A stretch of 64,000 nucleotides of DNA from Adineta vaga (taxonomy: Eukaryota; Animalia; Rotifera). Every line of letters begins with the position of its first letter. The first letter of the stretch is position 1. This document shows, piece after piece, positions 11,510 to 24,735 of this stretch. The DNA lies in NCBI GenBank assembly GCA_021613535.1, contig CP075492.1:13516001-13580000 (forward strand). The letters are read 5' to 3'. The notes below the pieces were generated by a model that saw only the letters and a program-made list of their open reading frames with translations, did not search any database and was not told where the DNA came from. The translations under genes were made by a program, and so were the position numbers.

Positions 11510-12700
11510 ATGCAACTTATATTTGCTGATTATCCAGTCCCATTTGAAATTACGAAATCCTTATTTCTAGCTGGTCCATCACCACGTGATATTCATAGTC
11601 TTGACTGGCGACACGAAGCTCTCCACTGTCTTAGTACATTTGATGGCACTGTTTTTATTCCAATTCCTGAACATCAATTCCATGCTAAAAATAGGGATGA
11701 ACGTGTAAATGCAGCTTCTTGGACCTATGATAATCAAATTGCATGGGAATGTGAATGTCGTCATGTTGCTGATTTGATTGTTTTTTGGATTCCTCGTGAT
11801 GTGAAAGGCGGAATGCCAGGATTTACAACAAATATTGAATTTGGTGAAGATCTCCATTCGGGAAAGATTGTCTATGGACGTCCAGACAATGCTGAAAAAT
11901 GTCGATATTTAGATAAACGTATGGAAGAACTTCAACTACCTATATTCACTTCTTTGACTGATACACTTCAACATGCAACGACTTTATTGGGTGATGGTGC
12001 TCATCGAAAACATGGCGAAGTCTATGTTCCATTGTTTATTTGGAAAACGCATCAATTTCAGTCATGGTATTCAAATCTAAAACTAGCTGGAAATCGTTTA
12101 GAAAAGGCGAAAGTATTACATCATGTTGAATTGAAACCTTCCAAACATGTATTTTCCTACATTTTATGGGTTAAAATTTGGATCGAAGAAGAAAATCGTT
12201 ATAAAGAAAATGAATTCGTTTTTGCTCGTCGAGATATTAGTACAGTTGTAGCTTATTATCGAGCGGACGATGATAATGATATTAAGATTGCTATAGTTAA
12301 AGAATTTCGTAGTCCTGTAAATAATCCAGATGGTTTTGTTTACGAATTACCTGGTGGAAGTGCTGCTCTACCAACTGAAATTGATCCACAAGTTAACGCA
12401 CAACATGAATTGGAAGAAGAAGTCGGTTTAGTAATTAATGATTTATCACGTTTTCAATATCTCGGACGACGACAATTAGCTGCTACACTTTCATCCCATC
12501 AAGCCGAACTCTACAGTATCGAATTGACAAAGGAAGAGTACGAATGTATTTTAGATAACGAAAAAAATGTAAAAACATTCGGCGTTAGTGAAGATAGTGA
12601 AAAGACCTATGTACAAATGATTAGTATTTCACAATTACGAGACAGTTTTCTAGATTTCTCTATGCTTGGAATGATTTACCAAGCATTATATTTAAAATGA
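11510..12700 (+). CDS. Nucleoside 2-deoxyribosyltransferase-like (Nuc_deoxyri_tr2/DRHyd) domain fused to a NUDIX hydrolase; intronless, bacterial-type
   Basis: N-terminal LFLAGPSPR..DWR..VFIP..NQIAWE..ADLIVFWIPRD..MPGFTTNIEFG. C-terminal IVKEFRSP..ELPGGS..AQHELEEEVGL (Nudix box). Confidence 0.85.
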   Translation: MQLIFADYPVPFEITKSLFLAGPSPRDIHSLDWRHEALHCLSTFDGTVFIPIPEHQFHAKNRDERVNAASWTYDNQIAWECECRHVADLIVFWIPRDVKGGMPGFTTNIEFGEDLHSGKIVYGRPDNAEKCRYLDKRMEELQLPIFTSLTDTLQHATTLLGDGAHRKHGEVYVPLFIWKTHQFQSWYSNLKLAGNRLEKAKVLHHVELKPSKHVFSYILWVKIWIEEENRYKENEFVFARRDISTVVAYYRADDDNDIKIAIVKEFRSPVNNPDGFVYELPGGSAALPTEIDPQVNAQHELEEEVGLVINDLSRFQYLGRRQLAATLSSHQAELYSIELTKEEYECILDNEKNVKTFGVSEDSEKTYVQMISISQLRDSFLDFSMLGMIYQALYLK

Positions 12701-13061
12701 TAAAAGTTTCAGTAAAATATTTCGTTAGTAATTATCACTTGATTGTTGAAGATGAGCTGAAACCTTTTCTGAAAATATCACATATACACATTATTCTTTG
12801 TTACTGAAATTTTTATCTTAGCTCAAGATCGGTTTTGAAATGAACAATAAAGGTGCTCGCCTAGTTCCAACTGCTTATTCGATATCGATTCAAGACACTG
12901 AAACGTATGTATGATTATCTAAATGAATAAATCCGATATTCAGAAAAAGAGTCCATATATTCTTGCTTTTGGTTTACATCAAACTATTTTTATTTCATAA
13001 ATGAAAATACGACAAATATGATTACAAGACCTGACAACATTCATTAAAATGAAAATATTAG

Positions 13062-14033
13062 TTATTGGATTGGCTGATGAGAAGCTGGTAGTCCTTCAAT
13101 TGTGACTGGATGGATTCCACGGTCACCATGAATACGAAATATTTTTTTGAGGATTAAAATAAGTTCTTTTCGATAAACTTGAGCTGACAGAATATATAAG
13201 AAAAATGGTGTTATAAATGTTAAATAAAAAGGAGTTTTAAATAAAATATATAGGAAATAAAACATTAGTGTCGATCGAAATGGAATTGGTAGAATAAGTA
13301 TAAAAAATATGATACAAAACGGTAAATTTAATAGAATTTGTACTGTTACTTGAATAATAAGCATTCGTGCTAATTGTTTTTCACTTGGACGAAATCGAAA
13401 AGCAGCTGCATGATTTCGACTTGATTGACGTATATTATAAATTGTTAAGAAACCAAATATAATCATCAAACAAGGTGCTAGAATCACATAGATGATCACT
13501 TCCAAAACAAGATATACTTGATTTAAAAGAATTTCTGGATCACTTGTACATTGAATACCAAAAGTATCTTTTATATCAAATGATATCGCATTTCCGACGA
13601 TAAATATTCCGACTGCGAGTATCATAATCACTGTTGCCTTTTGTGCGGTTCGAACATTACTCCATGTTCGCCGTCGAGCATCCAATGAACTTGAAAAATA
13701 GCGATCAATTGAAGCGAGTACTAACATATAGACAGACAAAAAGGGACAGAAATTGAGAATATAAGTAATTAATTTACATAGAAAACGTGAATAAAGAGCA
13801 GTATCAATTTGATAACCATCTACTAATAGATTGTATGTTATACCAATAGTTGCATGAAATATATTATTAATTGACATTGTTATTAAATAAAAAGAGCATC
13901 CGTAATTTTTCAAATTTCTTCTTGTTAATACGATTACATTTAATGAATTCGTAACGACATCTAAAACTATTATAATTGGATACACTATTCGTCCTAGCTG
14001 TTGAACAGTCGTTGCTATCCATGAGTAACTCAT
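13062..14033 (-). CDS. Class A (rhodopsin-like) orphan GPCR
   Basis: Seven hydrophobic segments, CKL in TM3, ASIDRY, and PFFLYILSAQVYRKEL. Confidence 0.85.
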   Translation of the reverse strand: MSYSWIATTVQQLGRIVYPIIIVLDVVTNSLNVIVLTRRNLKNYGCSFYLITMSINNIFHATIGITYNLLVDGYQIDTALYSRFLCKLITYILNFCPFLSVYMLVLASIDRYFSSSLDARRRTWSNVRTAQKATVIMILAVGIFIVGNAISFDIKDTFGIQCTSDPEILLNQVYLVLEVIIYVILAPCLMIIFGFLTIYNIRQSSRNHAAAFRFRPSEKQLARMLIIQVTVQILLNLPFCIIFFILILPIPFRSTLMFYFLYILFKTPFYLTFITPFFLYILSAQVYRKELILILKKIFRIHGDRGIHPVTIEGLPASHQPIQ

Positions 14034-15248
14034 CTGAATGTTCTCTCCTTTAACAAAATATTTGATATGCACATACTAGTAGTTTTTCAACATAAAGTTA
14101 ATCTTGAAGTAGGGATTTTTCTAAGCAGGTCATTTCGTCTCCGTTGTATACTGAATTCCAATTAACTCAAAATCTTTCTATATGATTAATTTTTTTGTGT
14201 CTACGGAAATTTATTTTAATGAAAAAATTATCGTTTGCACTGACAAAAGAAAAGATTTATCAGTTGATTGTTTTCTAGTTAGAGTTAATCTTGAATTGAA
14301 GTTCTCTCAAAATGCATTTCATGTTTCAAGCTTTGCACTCTAATCCGTCGCTGGAAATTAATTTGTTAACAAAACCATTACTGTCACGTTATATTTAAAA
14401 ACTAAGTAACATTTTTACGCAGTAAAATCTATTTTTAATAGATAAACACTTTCAAACATGATTCTATTCATAGTTATCAATGGGATGTCAAGAAAAGTTG
14501 ACCGTTTAGTGCAAATATTATTAATTCATTGTATTGTGAATAAATATAGGTAGATATAGAAATATTCGTTTGTACTTTATGTATCAGCAATATTTTGATG
14601 ACTATGTCTATATTTCTCTCTTTATTAATACTCAATGAAACGTTACATAGTTCGTCTTGTTATTTCATAATTGGATAAAACAGAAAATAGTGAAGTAATT
14701 TAACTAGACATTCAAAAATAAACGATATAAATAAATTTCAATTGTAAAATTCATAGTTTTCTTTCTTTTAGCTATAGTTTGAAGATATAAGATGATTTTT
14801 AGAAATCCGATGGACATCTAAATTGTTGTACAAGAACGAATTGATAGTAGGTATGACTCATAGATCGAGTTTTATATACATCTAATGTTGTTACTGAAGA
14901 AGGTACAGAATATTTTGAGTAAATTGTGTAGTTCTGATTCTGGTTGGGCATCACTGCTAAGTTCAAATTATTCAAAAGACGAAATTAAACAATTTAGTGA
15001 AGATATGTGCATGGCGTTAATATATGTCATCGAAATGTTCTTTCTCGTCTCCAATGGTAAGTCTAGCACAACTTTGAGAATTAGCACTAGCACTTGTTTT
15101 TCTCACATCTTCTTATGTATCGAGTGATCTGATTAGAACTTAGATAAGTTTTCTGTATAAATCAATTACACAAAAAAGAACAAAAAATGTGCGATATTTT
15201 GACATATTTAATAAATAAAAATAATGTCTTATAATTGTATAGTATTTC

Positions 15249-17374
15249 TCAATTATCGATACTATTCAAAGAAGACGATGAGATAATTCTATTGTTGTAA
15301 AAAAATTCAATATGATTTTTCTTCTTCAATAATCGATGAGGTTTGACTTGTGCTGGATTAACACGATCGGTAACTAATTCTTTGTGAAGAAAAGTAGAAA
15401 ATGTTCCACTTTGAACAAGAATACAAATCAAAGAATCAAGTTTGCCAGCAGTATGAGAAGTATTATAAACACCATGTGCTTTACGCAATTGTTCTTCGAC
15501 TTCAATAGAGACGTTTCCTTGAAATTTATCATCAATGTTACTGTCTTGTTCCGTAATCAATTCTACAAATATGATATATTTTGGTGGCGAAGTATCCAAT
15601 TTTGAATAGGCAGTAAAATCACATATTCGAGCATGAAATCCATTTTCTTTCCATTGATGAACTGCTCCTTCGAGTGCATTTAACAAATGTTGTTCAGTTG
15701 TTTTTTCTCCATTGATATCAAGAAGATTTCCTGCACGATAAGCAACGGAAACGAGAGGAATTCGAGGAATTTCCTGTGGTTCTGCTGGTAATGGAACTAA
15801 ATCATCGGCTCGACTAAGAAATCTTGTACAGTCAAGTACGTCGCCCATACGATAACGAATCAAACCTGCTTCAGTTGTACAAACTAATTCATATCGATGA
15901 CCTGGTTCGATTTCTGAAAGAAGTAAAGTTTTCGGTTGAGCCTAAAACTCAGAATAATAAAGGAAAGACGATACATTGAAGAAAATAGACTCATTTTACT
16001 TGATGCATATCTTCTTCTTTAATAAATTCAAAGAAAGCAGATGTTGGCGATAAGATATATTCATCTGTATAAATACTTGCTATAGATCCAAAAAGCCCTT
16101 CACTTGAAATATAGAAATTCATGTTAATTAACGGTAATTCTTTTCCACAATAAAATTCGAGTTTTTCTTTATAAATAGCAAACGATCCTCCAATTGCTGT
16201 AGATACGTAAATCAATGAAGGCCATAAACGATGAAGAAGGCCAGATATATCTGTTTTCAAACATTCTTGTTTGATAAATTCTGCTCGTTCTATTCGATAT
16301 GTTGCATCGCCATATTCGATCGTCACTTCTTTCAATGCTTGATTTAATTTTGCTCGTAAATTGGAATCAGATATAGTGTCACGAACTAAAGAACTTTGAT
16401 TGAAATTACTCGTTGCAATACAACAACTCATTTCTTCAAAATATTTTTCAATGATTTTGATGGTATGAAGACATATTGAAGCAAATGCAACCATATAGCA
16501 ATATAGATCAGGAATTGCTAATGCAAAGACGAGTTGAACAAATATAGTTGTTTCAAAACCGATAATACTTTCAATTAAATCGATTGATAGAACACTACTA
16601 GTTGATATAATAAATCGAAGTCCAGGCATGGATGGTGCGCCTGAAATGAATTCGCTTAGCGGACCGATTGGAGTACCATCGTGTGCTCTTTGAAAAGTGG
16701 ACGCTTTTTTACCAACATACAATTGAAATGTTCGCCTTTCGGGTGAAGGATACGGCGAAGAAAGCGAACTCCAAATAACGTCTATTGCAGCATGTGTCAA
16801 TGGTCTCACATCTTTTATCATTGAAGAATGTATCGGAAGAAATTTCATCTTTCCCGTCGTACCAGAACTTGTTGCATAATAAATAGTTTTCATAGGCGAA
16901 AGTAGATTCTTTGTTCCATGTTCAACCATACGATTAATATATTCTCGAAAATCTTCATATGTTGTTAGGAACATTTGCTCGAAATTCATCGACTGATGTA
17001 TATCCTTTGTCATCACTGCGTAAAGACGAAGGACGATGTGAAGATAAATATGATATAGATCGATCGACAAAGAATTGAGATGAATAATTTTGTTGAAGAA
17101 TTCTACCTAATAAATCATTATTTATTTTCTGCAATTGACAGAGATAATTATGATAGTATGAATGAAATACATTCCCTTTAGTTCCATGATAATTTGGATC
17201 AATGATTCGCTTTCGAATTTGAATACGAAGAAATCTTTTAAAATGTCGTTTGAGAGCAGAAAAGAATGAAATAATAGAAATGATTGAAATGATAATTAGT
17301 ATGCTCACAGCTGACAAACAATAGAGAATAGATTGTTCTCGTAATGAAGAAATGTTTGAAATTATGGATCCCAT
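15249..17374 (-). pseudogene. GH3-family acyl-adenylating amido-ligase with a frameshift at ~16966 (pseudogene or assembly error)
   Basis: GH3 motifs TSSGTTGKMKFLP, FYISSEG and YELVCTTEAGLIRYRMGD. Intron at ~15941-15999. SVDEFRANVP / LTTYEDFREYI is split across two frames. The N-terminus has a hydrophobic segment. Confidence 0.8.
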
Positions 17375-17779
17375 ATTGTGTTGATGAAAACTGTGTGACA
17401 CTACGCAATGACTGTTATCTGATATTTACACAGGTATTATATGATCTAGTTGATGTTTTTATTTCTAGAGATATCATTTTCGAAAGACTTTGTTCTTCAT
17501 CAAACTATTGTTGATATCGCATAGTATAAAAGTTAAATTCAATAGAGCATACTAAGCACATCTTAATTAACTATTTATCAATGTTGTCATCTTCTCTGCA
17601 TGAAATGCACTTGTTTGTAACTGAACTATTTCAAATGTAGTTTGATGACAAATGACTTTTGCGCATATCCGGACAATCAAGACCTGGTATTGTTTAGAAA
17701 ATATATTCACATATATATATCAGAAAATGAGAAAAAACACACGTCATATTTCTTTTACATCGTCTAGAAAACATTGAAC

Positions 17780-18903
17780 ATGTCAAATATCAGTGCATTT
17801 AGATATTTTAATAATCAATATAATCAAATTGTTCCACCGATTGTATTTATTTTTGGTCTGATTGGAAATCTTTTGAATTTATTGATATTTAGTCGTCGTA
17901 CATTCCGAAATAATCCTTGTACAATGTATTTTTTTATTTTATCAATAGCACATTTCAATAATCTAACTTTTGGTTTATTCGTCAATTATCTTGGTGATGC
18001 TCATCGTATTGATATTTTAACAACGACAATGTTCTTTTGTCGATTTCGTTTTTTTATATTACATTCTTCACTTGCATTATCATCATGGGTAATTGTTTTA
18101 GCTGGGATCGATCGATTCTGTATCAGTTCTCGACATGCGAATCGACGACAATTTAGTACTTTGAAAAATGCACGACTCGCAGCGATGATCGCTACAATGA
18201 TTTGTTGTATCATTTATAGTCATGTTCTTATTCTATTTACAATAGAACAAACACCGACTGGTCCAATGTGTTATGCTCAATCAGGAACGTATCGTGTGTT
18301 TTATGATTTCCTATTTTTAGCAACATTCAGTTTTACTCCACCTATTATAATGATTATCGTTGGTTTAGCAACATTTCATAATATTCTTCAAGTCCGAAGT
18401 GTGATTAATCCGCAAATCACGGCATCAACATCAAATCATAGTCTCCATTTACAGAAGAAAGATCGTCAATATTTAAAAATGTTATTAATACAATTAGCAT
18501 TTACAGTTAGTTTAACATTACCAATTGCAATTCAAAAACTTTATGCAACATTTACACAAAATCAAGTAAAAAGTGCCAGTCAATTAGAAGTTGAGAGTTT
18601 TGCAGCACAAGCTGTTCGAACATTAACACAAATCAATAGTTGTTTGAGTTTTTATTTGTAAGAAACATAAAGTGAAATAATATAGGGATTCATTGTCTAT
18701 TTTCTTTCTCGAATAGATACACTTTGTCAGGCACCATATTTCGACGTGAATTAATCGTGATAATGATCAAACTGATTAAATTTATTTTTGGAGTAAATAG
18801 TTGCATCTATCAACAATTACAACGAACAATTCGACCTACATCGACAAATCATACGATGATGATTGGAAGGCATACAATTGATGCTACAATACATCACAAA
18901 TAA
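17780..18903 (+). CDS. Class A orphan GPCR (2 exons)
   Basis: GLIGNLLN, FCRFR, AGIDRF. Intron ~18658-18716 gives SFYLYTLSGTIFRREL...HHK*. Confidence 0.85.
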
Positions 18904-19310
18904 CATTAAATCTTCGAAAGAAATTTTTTTACAATGCTCGTTTAACATATTTCATTTTATTTTAATTATTTCTACATTCATAATGCTTTAGATGTTGTTC
19001 ATGTGTGAAATCTATTTTTAATCAAAGAATAACGAAACCATTGAAATATTCATAGGATCAACTAACAGCAGATATCTGTTCTTTCAAACCTATCCTACCA
19101 CTTGTCTTTATGTGTATATAGATAGCTAGGTCAATCGTTTTTTCTTTTATTTCATTCAAAATAATCATCATAAGGATCCTCGTTACAAAGCTCATGTAGA
19201 AGATGAATATTTGTAATCTTGTTTGTGCGTATGGACGTAGTATATGGTAAGTGAAGATCCAAAGTATTTTCTTCTTCATGTCCTTTATTGATTTTTCTGA
19301 ATTTTCTATT

Positions 19311-20273
19311 CTAAATCGGTTGAATTGGATTTGCGTTTTGTCTAAAAAAGATTCGGTTTTTGACCGTTTGTCGGAATCGATTTGATGAGAATAGAAAGAC
19401 ATAGAAACTTCCCTAAACGTAAATCAAAACAATATATATGCATTCAATTCTTCAATGGCAAAATCTACATACGATATAGTAAAAATAAGTCAGCAAAGTA
19501 ACGACAGTTGTTGCAAAAGTTTCTTTTAATTGTTGATCGGCACTTTTAATAATATAACTTGTAATCAAACGATAAATACTATTAATAGAATAAGGAATAA
19601 TACTAAAAGTAATCAATACAATTTGAAATAAAGTCATTCGTAATAGTTGACGATCTGCATGTTGTTGAACAGGCGCACGTGTTCGACGAATATTTCGATA
19701 AGTCAAAGCACTAAATGTAATCGTTACTATCACTGGAATAATAACAATAATTATCGTCACATATACTGTACTATATACAGCATAAATTGGATTTGTAGAT
19801 GCACATCTTGTTGGTGTAATATTATAGAAAATAGGACCAAATATTCCATGAATACACCAAAAAATACTTGCAATAAACACTAATCGATATGTCCATTTGA
19901 TATTACTACAAAGACGAAGATTAACATTTCTTGATGTAACAAAAAATTGATCAATCATCGCTAAACATGAACATGTGAACGATATTGGACTTAAAGAACC
20001 AGCAAAAAATGCACGCGTTTTACACCAAATGATTGATGTACGTGTCAGATCAATACCATAATGAGCAGAAACAATACGAGTAATTAAATTGATTAATATA
20101 TAAAGAGTATTGTCTATTGAAATGATTAGAAAGTAAAATGTACATGGTGTTAAACGATAAGTACGTATACTGGAAAATATGAAAATATTTATACCATTAC
20201 CAATTACACCTGTCAGGAGAAAAAAACAACCACTAAATATAGTAAGTTGTTCACCGATTTCTTGTAATGACAT
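19311..20273 (-). CDS. Class A orphan GPCR (2 exons)
   Basis: GVIGNGIN, WCKTR, AMIDQF. The spliced last exon reads GSFYVFLFSSNRFRQTVK...PIQPI*. Confidence 0.85.
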
Positions 20274-20693
20274 AAAACCTTTTTTTATTGATCTATGCTA
20301 AAGAATACATGTGAATTTCTAGTTCTTATAACTGAATGATGTTAAGTTATATAATATCATTTCTAATTGTATCTTCGTTATAAAAATTTTTAACAAGTGA
20401 TGATATATGAGGAAGTATTTTTAACGATGCATTCAATTAAAAATAATATAATCATGCTAAAGTGACTTTGTTTTTAGTAGCTAATGATTATATTTGCTTT
20501 CAAAGCAGTTTCTGCACTGGTATAATTTATTTTAAAAAAATGTTTCTATTCCACTATCGTTCTTTCAATTTCACATGAAATGTCTAGCATATAGCAACTA
20601 TGATGAAGTTTGTTGTCTTAATTTTTATTTTTCAAACATGGAAAAGATAGTTTGTGAAATGATAAAATATTTAAAAAAAAGAAGTTTCTTCAT

Positions 20694-21873
20694 TTAATTT
20701 CTTGTTGTTTCAGATAATGTATAAACTAATTTTTCTGCTGAAACTTTGTTTTCCATCATTTGTTTGAATCCATTTTCAACTCCGTTCAATCCACCTGATA
20801 TGTTGGTTACTTTATTTGGTTTGAGTAGACCTTGAGGTAATAAAACATCAGTTAATGCTTTATAAAATTTTTCAGCAAATGCTTTATCTTGTGGGCTTTC
20901 TTCATATTCCAAACCAAAGACATGAATATGTCGTCCAAAGATTGTATACATCATAATAGAATGTTCTTTAATAGTTGATGGTATTTCACTGGATAAACCA
21001 GGTAGAATAGTAGCAACTTGAGCATTATTACCTGTTAATGCAGCACACACTTGTTTGATGGTTTCTTTTTCCGATATACAATCAATAGCATAAGATAAAT
21101 TATCTTTTGCAGCTTGTTTGACCAGTGAGATGACATTTGCATCTTTATAATCGAAACAAACATCAGCACCTAATTCTTTTAAATAATCATGGCGAGCTTT
21201 TGATGCCGTTGTGATAACAAAACAGCCAGCTGCTTTAGCTAATTGAATTGCATATTGACCAACGCTTGTACTACCAGCCCAAACAAGACAAGGTACTTCG
21301 GCCTTAGCGGGTGGAAATGGTAATTTCATTTCATGAAATAAACAGAGAGCTGCAGTAACTGAAGCAAGTGGAATAGTCGATGCTGCTTCAGGAGACATTG
21401 TCGATGGATAACGAAAGACAAGTGAAGCTTCTTGAACAACATATTCGGAATAAGCACCACGAACATTAAGTTCAGCATCTTGACCACCATGTACACAGCC
21501 AACTACACGTTCACCTTTTTTATAATTACCTAAGAAGAAAAAAAAATAAACAATCAATTTAATGGAAATAGATATCTATTAAATTATGATACTAACCAAT
21601 AGCTTCGTTACCAACTTCAACAACTTCACCAGCAAAATCACAACCAACAATGGATCCTACTTTAGCTAAGTCAAGATGAACATGTTTCCAATCAGTTGGA
21701 TTTTGAGCAACATGAGTCACTTTAATTAAAAGTTCTTTTGGACCATATTTAGGTAACTGAATCATTAAATACGAAGTTATATCATATTCGATAGAAAAAA
21801 AATGTCATGTACTTACGTCGAGCTCTTCAACAACAAGTTTCTTATTTTCACGAACAACAAGTGCGACTGGCAT
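20694..21873 (-). CDS. MDR-superfamily trans-enoyl-reductase-like protein (fungal ToxD/LovC-type), 3 exons
   Basis: AQNPTDWK, GCDFAGEV, GAYSEY, LVWAGSTSVGQYAIQLA, LGADVCFDY and KVSAEKLV. Confidence 0.85.
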
Positions 21874-22886
21874 GATTAGAATCTAAACGAGAAAAATAAA
21901 GTGAAGAAAACACAAGCAACTGCTTGCCCTTTTATATCTGTCGCTAAATATACTTTTTCTTTTTCTCCTTCGTCATCATGACACGATCGAATAATTGTTT
22001 TTTTTTCGTTCTGTCTATTTTGTTTCTTGACCTCTTCATTTAACTCCACGTGGAAACATATATGTGGTGAAAATCGACGAATCTTGAGAACATCTACATT
22101 TGTACGAAATGCATTCTGAAATATTTCCACTAAGAGTATCGATATAACTGATTTCTATTTCTTATGACTTATTACACTTTTCTATATTCTATCAATTTTT
22201 ATTATTAATTAGATATTTAAAGAGAAATCGAACAGTGGTTATTTGGTAAACTAGATTTTCTTTTTTCCTAACATAAGCACAGAATAGAAACGATGTCGAA
22301 ATACGCTATTCGACTTCTACAATCAGTCACTCTTATTAGTAAATATTATTTAATACCAATATGACATTGCGTGTTTTTGGTAATCTTGTGAATATCAGTA
22401 TTTTTCTCGACGTTTACCTGGAATTAATGAATGTTCATGTCTATTTTATTGTTATTTCATTTGTCCGTCTCATGGTTTTTGATATTTGATTGATGGATGA
22501 TAACATCATCCAACGTCATTCTTCGTAGTCAGATTAATTTTAAACACCTATTGCGTCGAACAAAGTTCGTTTATCTTTTATTCAAATCTTTATATTTATT
22601 ATTTCTATATAGTTGATAATCTTATCTACACACATTGTACAGTAAGTTTCAAATTCTTATTTTTGTTTATAAAATCGATATATGATTGTAGATTACATTT
22701 TATTCTTATATACATTGGCATCAAAAGAATTTCGAAAAAGTTCATTTAAATATATCCGCATCGTTCTTTAATTTTCAATCATTTAAATGTGAAAATTGAA
22801 GGGTAATAGAAGAGAAAGATAGTTGTGTGTAGATGATTCATATACACGAATAATATTGAGTGTGAGAATCAAATATCAGGAAAACA

Positions 22887-23894
22887 TTATTTAACAGCAG
22901 CAGGTTTCTTTGTTTTCTGCTTTTTTGTTCGTTGTGATTTGTTTGCTGCAGGTGCTGGTAATGATTGACAAATCTTGACATATTTTAGTTGATTCTCGTC
23001 CTCTAATGTAGAATATGTTTCGATTAAATATTTTTGTGACGGTCTATTCGATTGATAAATGGGTATGGAATAAATGAAAATATGTTGATTGTAATAACGA
23101 AATACAATCTTATTATGTTTTGGCATTGATGAACAAGGAAAAAGAGAGTCTGCTTCTTTAGTAAAACAAAGATACACACATGAAGGTGACTCTTGTTTCT
23201 TTTCAATATTCGTTTTATTTTTAATACATGAAATGTTATTCGAGTTGATATATAAACGCCAATTATGTGTAGTCGTACATTTATATGGACCGTGAGCTTT
23301 TCGTTCATTTCGATTTGATTCTATTTTCCATTTGGCTTTGTCGCATTTTGTCTTCTTATTCGTTCTCGTGCCCGGTCACTACGCTTCTTTTGTCGATATT
23401 CAAATCGTGAACGTTTCTGCTGTCGATATAGTTGCTGAATAGATGGATAATAATGCTGATATTTTAGTTTTTGACGGATATATCTTAGTATAGGTTTTGA
23501 TTTCTTCAATTTTGTATTGAATGCATAGCATTTTCTCTGCTTAATTTTTTTCTTTTTTATTCTAGTAGTCAATCTAGAACTTGCAACAAAAGTTTGAATT
23601 GATCTTTTATTTCCTGTTGATTTCTGTTTGTTTCGGAAAGCCGTAACATCTTGATGTAAAAACAAATGAACGCGAACCATATTATCTTTGTTAGCAGTTG
23701 TAACATATAAATGTTCATCTTTAAGAATGTATGTACGTATGACAAACGGTAGTGTTTGTAGTCTTTGGCAAACGTTTAAATAGTATTTTTTCCATCGTTG
23801 AGGTTGGGATAATATAATAACGATTTACAAGTTATACCAATAGGATTATGAACTGAAATCTTTACCTTCTGTTTCTTTGACTGTCGCTTTGGCA
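22887..23894 (-). pseudogene. Degenerate Lys/Arg-rich coding region split over three frames
   Basis: ORFs 23321..23680, 23024..23308 and 22887..23177 abut on the same strand. A short upstream exon MPKRQSKKQK|gtaaag lies near 23894. No family recognised. Confidence 0.3.
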
Positions 23895-24735
23895 TAACTT
23901 TAAAGAAAAAGTGTGATGGAGAAATGAAGATGTAAATAAATATTATATAAGTTACAATATAAAAACTGCATTCATTCTTAGTTTCGAAATTCGAAGTTTT
24001 AGCAAGAAAACAAATAAATAAGAGAATGATTGTTTATTGGATAAACTGATAACCAGTTGGAATTTCAGTATGCGGGAAGAGGTCATTAGACCCCAGACAG
24101 ACAGAAAAGTGAATTATCGATAAAGAACTCGATAAAAACAAACAATTTAATATACTATAAGATGAATAACCACAATATATGCTCGAATGATACAAAATCC
24201 AAAAGTGTTACACATGCGAAGATTAATATCCAGATAAATATGAATATATGCTAATAATATCATTAGAATTGTATGACATGTTTTATCCACAGTGATAGTT
24301 AATAGATAAACAATATAGTATAAGGAGAAATGGTTTTATTCAAAGAAGTAAGATTCATCTTTTTTAATGATTATGTTAATAAGTTTGTTGTTAATGAATA
24401 TCTCATGCACAAGAATTCTTATCGAGCAAATGATACCAGTAGTTTCCTGACTATTCGTCAGAGAATAGAACTATGCACTGGAAATATAATTATTGTTTAA
24501 TCAGTGGTACATGCACCAAACGAATCAGAGATCAAATGATCGCACATAGCAATTGTTTTTCTTGATATTTGCGCATTATACTTAATTGGATGATGTGTGC
24601 GTACTTAGACAACAATGATCTTTTTAATTGTTATATTTGGAAAAGAAAGATTTACAAAGTGTATGAATTATTCAATATTTCATACAATCTCTCAACTATC
24701 TAGCATATATTGTACACGATTATTATTAAATCAAT

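Noticed and set aside
14885-15127. ORF with a plausible splice donor (gtaagt)
   Set aside because: No partner exons or recognisable domain were found.
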